A stretch of DNA of 23,681 nt from Deinococcota bacterium. GTDB lineage: Bacteria; Deinococcota; Deinococci; Deinococcales; Thermaceae. A program made the position numbers and the translations under genes. Below are positions 17,464 through 23,681 of this stretch, piece after piece; position 1 is the first letter of the stretch, and each line of letters starts with the position of its first letter. The stretch covers positions 1 to 23,681 of the forward strand of contig JBGFRI010000013.1 of NCBI GenBank assembly GCA_041695225.1, written 5' to 3'. The notes beneath the pieces were generated by a model. That model did not search any database, had not been told where the DNA came from, and saw nothing but the letters and a program-made list of their open reading frames with translations.

Positions 17464-19433
17464 CATGCCTCGGCTTTTTGTCGCTCGGCAATGACTTTCT
17501 GGGCCAGGTTGGGGGGCACTTCGGCATAGTGCGAAAACTCCAGGCTGTAGGCCCCGGTTCCCTGAGTGAGCCCAGAGAGGGTGCGGCTGTATTCCAGAAT
17601 TTCGGCCAGGGGGGCCTCGGTGTTTACCACCACCAGGGCGCCGTCCTGATCCATGCCCAGAATACGGCCCCGACGCGACTGCAGGTCCGACAGGATATCG
17701 CCCACCCGCTCTTGAGGCACAAACACCTTGAGGGCGTATACGGGCTCGAGCAGGGTCGGGCTGGCCTGAGCCACCACGTTTCTAAAAGCGAGCTGTGCGG
17801 CCAGTTGAAAGGCCATATCTGAGCTGTCTACATCGTGGTAAGAGCCATGATAAACAGCAGCCTTGAAGCCGATCACTGGGTAACCCGCCAGAGGGCCGGC
17901 TTTGGCAGCTTCCTTGATGCCTGCCTGAACCGATTCGGTGTATTTGGTGGGTATTACCCCGCCGGCAATTTCCCAGACAAACTCGTAGTCTGGGTGGGGC
18001 TCCAGGCGCAGCCAGACATCGCCATACTGGCCGTGTCCTCCAGACTGCTTTTTGTGTTTGCCCTGGCCTTCGGCTTTGCGGCGAATGGTCTCCCGGTAGG
18101 GAATTCTGGGCAGGCGGGTAGTAATCTTTACCCCGTAGTCGGCCAGGCGTTCCTTGGCAGTTTCCAGGTGCAGGTCGCCCATGCCCCATAAAATTTGCTC
18201 CGAGGTCTCGGGGTTGCGTTCAAACTTCAGGCTGGGGTCTTCTTCCAACAGCTTACGTAGCGCATCGCCCAGTCTGGTCTCGTCGTTGCGCGACTCTGGC
18301 GCAATGGCTACCATCACATTGGGTTCGGGCAGGCGCGCCGAGGGGAACTCGAGCTTCTGCCCCTGCCAGAGCTCCATACCTTTGTGCAGGTGGTCGGCTT
18401 TGGGCAAGGCCAGAATGGTTCCAGCTTCGGCCTCGCTCAGCTCGACGAGCTCCTTTCCCTTGGCGGTATAGATGTGGGCCAGCCGAACCGAGCCATTCTC
18501 CGACTGCAGAACATCCCCCACTTTGAGATGACCCCGGTAGAGTCGGGCAAAGGCCACCTGTCCCATGAAGGGATCTACCTGTACCTTAAACACCTTGGCG
18601 GCCGCGCTGCCTTCGCCCCAGCGCTCTACGGGCGAAGGCAGGGCTTCTAAGAACAGGTCCAGCAACATGTCCAGCCCAATCAGAGCCCCCGAAGAGCCAA
18701 TTGCCACCGGGAAGACCTGGCCCTTTCGCACCGCCTCGTGGAAGGCCCGTGAGAGTGCTACCTCCTCGAGCTCGCCGCCCTCGAGGTACTTCTCCAGCAG
18801 GGCTTCGTCAGTCTCGATGATGGCTTCACGGGCTTCGTTACGGTACCTCTCCACCATGGCTCTCTGCTCTTCGGGAATACTGGCCACAATCGGGCGCCCC
18901 TTCTCGTAACGGAAGGCCCGGTCATGCAGCACATCAATCAAGCCTACCCACTGCCCACCTTCGTAGAGCGGCAGATGGGCCGGAAGGATACGACCCAGGG
19001 TGCTGCGCAGGTCTTCGAGCAGAGCAAAAAAATCACCTCCTTTTTCCAGTTTGGTCACTACGACCAGGCGCGGCAGCTCTAATCGTTCGGCTACGGTCCA
19101 GGCCCGCTCGGTCCCAATCTGTACTCCGGTCTCGGCGGAAACCGCTACCACCGCGGCGTCTGCGGCTTCCATTGCTCCCCGGATTTCCCCTACAAAATCG
19201 GCATAGCCGGGAGCATCCAGCAGATAGATCCGGTGCCCCTGGTAAGTTAAGGGCAAGACCGCAGTTCGAATCGAGACCCGGCGGGCCTTTTCCTCGGGGG
19301 TATAGTCCGAGGTGGTGTTGCCCTCTTCCACCCTGCCCATGCGATCCTTGCCCCCGGTGAAGTAGATGAGCGCTTCACCCAGGGTGGTTTTTCCACTTCC
19401 GCTGTGCCCTACCAGGGCGACAGTGCGAGTCAT
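17463..19433 (-). CDS. Elongation factor G-like protein EF-G-2
   Basis: G1 GHSGSGKT, G3 DAPGY, G4 TKLE, EF-G domain motifs EEDPSL, GMGDLHLE, KKQSGGHGQYG, GSYHDVDSS, LLEP. Start ATG 19433 with SD AAGGAGG (19440-19446) and TATACT (19456-19461); 656 aa. Confidence 0.93.
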   Translation of the reverse strand: MTRTVALVGHSGSGKTTLGEALIYFTGGKDRMGRVEEGNTTSDYTPEEKARRVSIRTAVLPLTYQGHRIYLLDAPGYADFVGEIRGAMEAADAAVVAVSAETGVQIGTERAWTVAERLELPRLVVVTKLEKGGDFFALLEDLRSTLGRILPAHLPLYEGGQWVGLIDVLHDRAFRYEKGRPIVASIPEEQRAMVERYRNEAREAIIETDEALLEKYLEGGELEEVALSRAFHEAVRKGQVFPVAIGSSGALIGLDMLLDLFLEALPSPVERWGEGSAAAKVFKVQVDPFMGQVAFARLYRGHLKVGDVLQSENGSVRLAHIYTAKGKELVELSEAEAGTILALPKADHLHKGMELWQGQKLEFPSARLPEPNVMVAIAPESRNDETRLGDALRKLLEEDPSLKFERNPETSEQILWGMGDLHLETAKERLADYGVKITTRLPRIPYRETIRRKAEGQGKHKKQSGGHGQYGDVWLRLEPHPDYEFVWEIAGGVIPTKYTESVQAGIKEAAKAGPLAGYPVIGFKAAVYHGSYHDVDSSDMAFQLAAQLAFRNVVAQASPTLLEPVYALKVFVPQERVGDILSDLQSRRGRILGMDQDGALVVVNTEAPLAEILEYSRTLSGLTQGTGAYSLEFSHYAEVPPNLAQKVIAERQKAEA

Positions 19434-19496
19434 GAGTAACCTCCTTAGTGGCAACAGTATAAGGGTTGGAGAGAGACAAAAATACTCCGCATGAAG

Positions 19497-19681
19497 AATG
19501 TCACAGGTCACAGGTCACAGGTCACAGGTCGAGGGTCGAAGGTCAAAGGTCGAGGGTCAAGGGTCAAGGGTCAAGGGTCAAAAGATATTGGCTATTGGCT
19601 ATGGGCTAATGGAATGTCACAGGTCTCAGGTCACAGGTCTCAGGTCAAAAGCTCTTTGTCTTGCGACATGCGACCTGCGTC
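19497..19681 (-). repeat. Modular heptamer-repeat element E (reverse orientation)
   Basis: Minus strand reads GGTCGCA TGTCGCA AGAC, GACCTGW x4, GACATTCCAT, TAGCCMA x3, TTTT, GACCYTY x7, GACCTGT x4, GACATT. Confidence 0.93.
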
Positions 19682-19709
19682 AAAACCGATGTGATAGCCT
19701 AGCCTGGGT

Positions 19710-21281
19710 ATGCTGGAACGCCTCGAGGTGCAGAACTTAGCTGTACTGGAGCGGGTGGTACTCGAGTTTGGCCCCGGTCTTACGGTGCTTACCGGCGAGA
19801 CGGGGGCGGGCAAGAGCATCCTGGTAGATGCCCTTTCGCTACTGCTTGGTGAAAAGGTCGAGGGTCTGATGCGCCCCGGCGCCGATACGCTGCTGGTAAC
19901 AGCTTTTTTTGCGGGGAAAAGCCTATCGCGCAAGGTTTCCCTGGGGCGCAGCACCCCCCGCATCGAGGGCGAGGTGGTGAGCCTCAAGGAATTGAGCGAA
20001 GAGGCCGCACAGCACCTGGCCATCCATGCCCAGCACGCAGCCCTGGCCCTGTTCAGCCGCAAAGCCCAGCGCAGACTGCTCGATTCGCAGGTAGAGCCGG
20101 CCCTGATCGAGCAGTATTACCAGACCTACACGCAATTTCAGGCCATTCTGAACGAGGCCGGACGGCTGGAGGCAGCAGCCCGCGAACGCGAGCGTAAACT
20201 GGATATTCTGCGTTTTCAAACCAGTGAAATTGACCAGGCCAGGCTGGTGGTGGGGGAAGAAGAGCGGCTTTTGCAGGAGGCCACCCGCCTGCGCCACCTC
20301 GAGACCCTGCGCGAGCGGGTTTCGGCTGCCATTGCCGCACTCAGCGGAGATGGCGACGCGCTGGGCCTGGTAACCCTGGCCACACGCGAGGTGAGGGCTG
20401 CCGGGCGCTTTGCCGCCGAACTGGAGCAGCTGGGGCAGGACCTCGAGACCGCCCTGGATGGCTTACGGGCAGTGAGCAGGGAGCTGGAAGACTATCTGGA
20501 AAGCCTCGAGGCCGACCCCCACCGTCTGGATGAGGTGGAGGCCAGGCTGGCTTTGATTGAGAGACTGGGGCGCAAATACGGCCAGGGCATCCCGGCCATT
20601 CTCGATTTTGCCGAAGCCGCACGGCGCGAACTGGGCGAGCTCGAGGGGGCCCTAGACCGCCTGGTCGAGCTCTACGCTCAAAAAGAGGGCGCTTGGAACG
20701 AGCTGCTGACGGCTGGCGGGCGGCTTTCCGCGGCCCGCGCCCAGGCTGCGGGCTGGCTTTCCAAAAGCGTCAGCGAAGAGATTCGCGCTCTGGGAATGCC
20801 TGCGGCCCGCTTTACGGTGGGGCTGATACCGCTGGAAAAACCCGGCCCAGATGGACTGGAAGAAGTACAGCTGTTGTTTTCGGCCAATCCGGGCCTGCCC
20901 GAAGCCCCCCTGGAGAAAGCCGCTTCGGGCGGCGAGCTTTCGCGGGTGATGCTGGCGCTGTCTCTGCTGACCGGCGCCGAGGCCAACACGGTAGTTTTTG
21001 ACGAGGTAGACGCGGGCCTTGGGGGCGAAGCAGCCTGGCAGGTGGCCGAGCGTCTGGCCCGACTGGCCCAGCAGCGCCAGGTACTGGTGGTAACGCACCT
21101 CCCGCAGATCGCAGCCAGGGCTAGAACCCACTACCGGGTAGTCAAGAACAGCCAGTCGGTGCTGATACAGGCTGTGCAGGATGAAGAGCGGGTGCGTGAG
21201 CTGGCCCGGATGCTTTCCGGAAGTTACTCCGAGGCGGCTCTGGTGCACGCCCGTGAACTGTTACGTAGCTCGGCCAGGTAA
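19710..21281 (+). CDS. recN: DNA repair protein RecN
   Basis: Walker A LTGETGAGKS, coiled-coil middle, FSANPG, ASGGELSR signature, Walker B VFDEVDAG, VTHLPQIAA, ELARML. Confidence 0.95.
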   Translation: MLERLEVQNLAVLERVVLEFGPGLTVLTGETGAGKSILVDALSLLLGEKVEGLMRPGADTLLVTAFFAGKSLSRKVSLGRSTPRIEGEVVSLKELSEEAAQHLAIHAQHAALALFSRKAQRRLLDSQVEPALIEQYYQTYTQFQAILNEAGRLEAAARERERKLDILRFQTSEIDQARLVVGEEERLLQEATRLRHLETLRERVSAAIAALSGDGDALGLVTLATREVRAAGRFAAELEQLGQDLETALDGLRAVSRELEDYLESLEADPHRLDEVEARLALIERLGRKYGQGIPAILDFAEAARRELGELEGALDRLVELYAQKEGAWNELLTAGGRLSAARAQAAGWLSKSVSEEIRALGMPAARFTVGLIPLEKPGPDGLEEVQLLFSANPGLPEAPLEKAASGGELSRVMLALSLLTGAEANTVVFDEVDAGLGGEAAWQVAERLARLAQQRQVLVVTHLPQIAARARTHYRVVKNSQSVLIQAVQDEERVRELARMLSGSYSEAALVHARELLRSSAR

Positions 21282-21350
21282 GGTGCAAATTACCGTTGCG
21301 TTATGGCAAGGGCGCGTTAAACTAATGGGCGCATATTATCTCTACTGCTT

Positions 21351-22685
21351 ATGAAAGCCCTTGCTCCTCTCTTCGAGCCAGATACCCTGAGTTGGCTCAA
21401 TCAGTTGCCCGAGGCTATGGTATGGCTAGATGAAAACGGTCTTCTGGGCTGGTGTAACCCGGCAGCAGCCGCCCTCATACCCGACCACACGCCTCTGGGC
21501 AAGAGTCTGGAAAACTGGTTTCGACCCGCGACGCCAGAGACCCGCATGTATGAAGCGATAGAAACAAGCTGGTGGCAGGGCCATATTCGCAAAAGCCTGT
21601 TGAACGTTGCAGGCAGCCGCTGGCGCTGGTTTCAGATCAGTCTGGCGCCCTTCAAAGACGGACAGCTGTGCATCCTGCACGAGGTGACCGAGGAGTACAA
21701 CCAGGCCCTGGCCTACGCCTCTTCCCTCGAGGTGCTCTCGAGCCTTCTGACCCAGGAAGAAAAGCTCGAAAAGCTCTTTATCCGGATACTGCAAACCGCC
21801 GTAGAAGTGGTTCCGGGAGCAGAGGCCGGAAGCCTGACCCTGCTCGAAAACGGCGAGTTCAGATTTGTGGCCCAGATCGGCTTTGATGAAGACCTGACCC
21901 AGCATGCCCTTAGCTACCAGCACGAACTGGCCTGGTACGGGCTAGGCGAGGAAGCATGGCTGCTGGGCAGACCACGGTTGCTGGTGGCCCCGCACATCCA
22001 AGAGCGCACCCGACAGCGAGTGAGCCACGAGCTGAACATGTTTACCCAGGTTGGAAAACTGGCAGAACTCAAGGCCACCATCACGGTTCCTATTGTGTTG
22101 CAGGGCCAGGTGATGGGAACCCTCAACCTGGACTCGCTCACTTCCACCGAGGCCTTCCCGGCGGAAAGTCTGGCCATCGCCCAGACCTTTGCTTTGCAGG
22201 CGGCCACGGTGCTATACGGCTTGCTCTCGCGGCGTCACCTATCCGAGTTGGCCCTGAGCGATGCCCTCACCGGTCTGGGAAATCGCTACGCCCTGACCGA
22301 GAACTTCACCAAGATAAAAGCCCAGGCCGAGCGCCTGCATCTGCCCCTGACCCTGATCTACTGGGACATGGACGACCTCAAGCGTCTCAACGATCAGCAC
22401 GGCCATGCCGCCGGCGATCAAGCACTAAAAATTCTGGCCACAGCCCTGCGCAGCACCTGCCGCCAGGAAGACCAGGCCTTCCGTATTGGGGGAGACGAGT
22501 TTGTGAGCCTGCACCTGGGCCTACAATCATCTGAGGCGACCGAGGTTATTCGGCGGTTGCGCTCACAAATTCACGTTGCAGTAAGTGCAGGAGCAGTTGC
22601 CGTTACGCCCCTTATGAATTTGCAGACCGCCCTAAAGCAGGCCGACGCCGCCATGTACGCCCATAAGCGCGGGTTGGAGTCTTGA
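21351..22685 (+). CDS. Sensor diguanylate cyclase (PAS-like, GAF, GGDEF)
   Basis: DALTGLGNR, DMDDLKRLNDQHGHAAGD, RxxD I-site (RQED) five residues before an intact GGDEF; GAF features (VPIVLQGQVMGTLNLD); PAS-like N-terminus. Confidence 0.9.
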   Translation: MKALAPLFEPDTLSWLNQLPEAMVWLDENGLLGWCNPAAAALIPDHTPLGKSLENWFRPATPETRMYEAIETSWWQGHIRKSLLNVAGSRWRWFQISLAPFKDGQLCILHEVTEEYNQALAYASSLEVLSSLLTQEEKLEKLFIRILQTAVEVVPGAEAGSLTLLENGEFRFVAQIGFDEDLTQHALSYQHELAWYGLGEEAWLLGRPRLLVAPHIQERTRQRVSHELNMFTQVGKLAELKATITVPIVLQGQVMGTLNLDSLTSTEAFPAESLAIAQTFALQAATVLYGLLSRRHLSELALSDALTGLGNRYALTENFTKIKAQAERLHLPLTLIYWDMDDLKRLNDQHGHAAGDQALKILATALRSTCRQEDQAFRIGGDEFVSLHLGLQSSEATEVIRRLRSQIHVAVSAGAVAVTPLMNLQTALKQADAAMYAHKRGLES

Positions 22686-22709
22686 GCATATCTGACCCGT
22701 TTCCCGCGG

Positions 22710-23330
22710 CTATCCCAGCTTTAGTAGCACCCGCACTCCATCGGCCACATACTGCACCGCCAGAGCGGCCAGCAAGATACCCAGCACACGCGTAATCACA
22801 TTAATCCCAGTGCGGCCCAGTGAGCTAGAGAACTTTAGAGCAGCCCGTAACGACCAGTAGGTGAGGAACAAAACCACCCCAACCATTCCCAGCACTAACG
22901 CCAGTCCCCAGATTCCGCTGGGGGCCATTCCAGCCAGAATCAAAACCCCGGCCAGGGTACCCGGCCCGGCAATCAGCGGAATGGCCAGGGGAAAGACCGA
23001 GATGTCGGCCCTGGCCTGTGACTCCATATGTTCCTCGTCGGTTTCGCGCTCGAGCCTGGCGTTAATCATGTCCAGGGCAATCTTGAATAAAAGCAGCCCC
23101 CCCGCCACCTTCAGCGCCTCGAGGCTGATGCCCAGATAACGCAAAACCGCTCCGCCTAACAGGGCAAAAGCCAGCACCAGAAGGCCCGCTACCAGCGTTG
23201 ACCTGAGCGCGATTCGCTTTTGCTCCTGGTAGCTGCGTGTTCCTACCAGAGCCAGGAATAGCGGTATCAAGCCAATAGGATCAACCAGCACGAACAAGGT
23301 CAGGAAGGCCTGCAGGGTGAATTCAACCAT
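22710..23330 (-). CDS. MarC family integral membrane protein
   Basis: LFVLVDPIG, AGGLLLF, VFPLAIPLIAGPG, LGRTGINVITRVLGILLAALAVQ; start ATG 23330 with TAGAAT 8 nt upstream. Confidence 0.93.
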   Translation of the reverse strand: MVEFTLQAFLTLFVLVDPIGLIPLFLALVGTRSYQEQKRIALRSTLVAGLLVLAFALLGGAVLRYLGISLEALKVAGGLLLFKIALDMINARLERETDEEHMESQARADISVFPLAIPLIAGPGTLAGVLILAGMAPSGIWGLALVLGMVGVVLFLTYWSLRAALKFSSSLGRTGINVITRVLGILLAALAVQYVADGVRVLLKLG

Positions 23331-23513
23331 TGCGGCCAATTCTATCTGGATAAAAGCAGAAGAAATGGCTGTGGAGAGGGAGTGCAGTGGGTAACAACAT
23401 GGGGCGTTCGAGAAATCTCCTCTCCCCTGGTGGTAAAAGCTAGGTGAGGGGGGTGACCGGAGCGAACAATGGCGTCTCTGGCATCATTCAACCCTCACCG
23501 CAACCCTGGGGGC

Positions 23514-23680
23514 CTAGAGTGCCGCGCTTTCACCTACCGTGCTCATCGAAAACTCCCCTCTAGACCGAAGTTACCCCCGTAACGGAGGCTGCGACCCGCG
23601 AAAAAGCCTGTCTACCAGGCAGTTCGAGCATCGATGCGCTGTACAAAGTGTTGCCATGTAATCATGAGACATACCACTTG
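23514..23680. repeat. Structured non-coding segment, possible dispersed MITE/REP-like repeat
   Basis: Starts at CTAG; contains hairpins GTTAC-CCCC-GTAAC (23570-23583), GCCTG-TCTAC-CAGGC (23606-23620) and palindrome GCATCGATGC (23628-23637); no ORF. Only one copy is visible in the window. Confidence 0.3.
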
Positions 23681-23681
23681 C

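Noticed and set aside
17463..19433. Canonical fusA
   Set aside because: Divergent G2/G3/G4 motifs, shorter length and no rpsL-rpsG-tuf context indicate the EF-G-2 paralog.
8954..19681. CRISPR array interpretation of the repeat regions
   Set aside because: No constant 25-40 nt repeat with unique spacers, and no cas genes; the period is 7 nt.
19491..19740. Short repeat-peptide ORFs (MKNVTGHRSQV..., MSQVTGHRSQV...)
   Set aside because: The 7-aa periodicity is the automatic result of 7-nt repeats, and similar peptides appear in several frames. Translation is unsupported without Ribo-seq or proteomics.

Overview
Bacterial chromosomal window, most likely Thermaceae (Meiothermus-like, Deinococcota). 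This is inferred from the Thermus-type SecA and EF-G-2, the leaderless-style starts and the GC-rich codon use. The left part is catabolic: a DUF1537 four-carbon acid-sugar kinase, PdxA2, a Zn-dependent dehydrogenase, two tandem Tat-exported TRAP solute-binding proteins and a lone xanthine-dehydrogenase/CoxL-like molybdoenzyme large subunit. The rest is mostly housekeeping: MoxR ATPase, tsaD, secA, two metallophosphoesterases, EF-G-2, recN, a PAS/GAF-GGDEF protein and MarC. The most striking non-coding signal is a family of dispersed intergenic elements built from 7-nt repeat units (8954-9218, 10158-10595, 17225-17463, 19497-19681 on the minus strand, and a partial one at 11643-11735). They share an ordered grammar: an inverted GTCGCA arm, a fold-back hairpin, GACNNNN tracts, a GACATTCCAT linker, TAGCNNA tracts and a GACATT end. 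Junctions are conserved while unit copy number varies. Also seen: a 67-bp MITE-like element with TAG flanks, strong over-representation of the palindrome CTCGAG, and a structured repeat-like segment at the right end.
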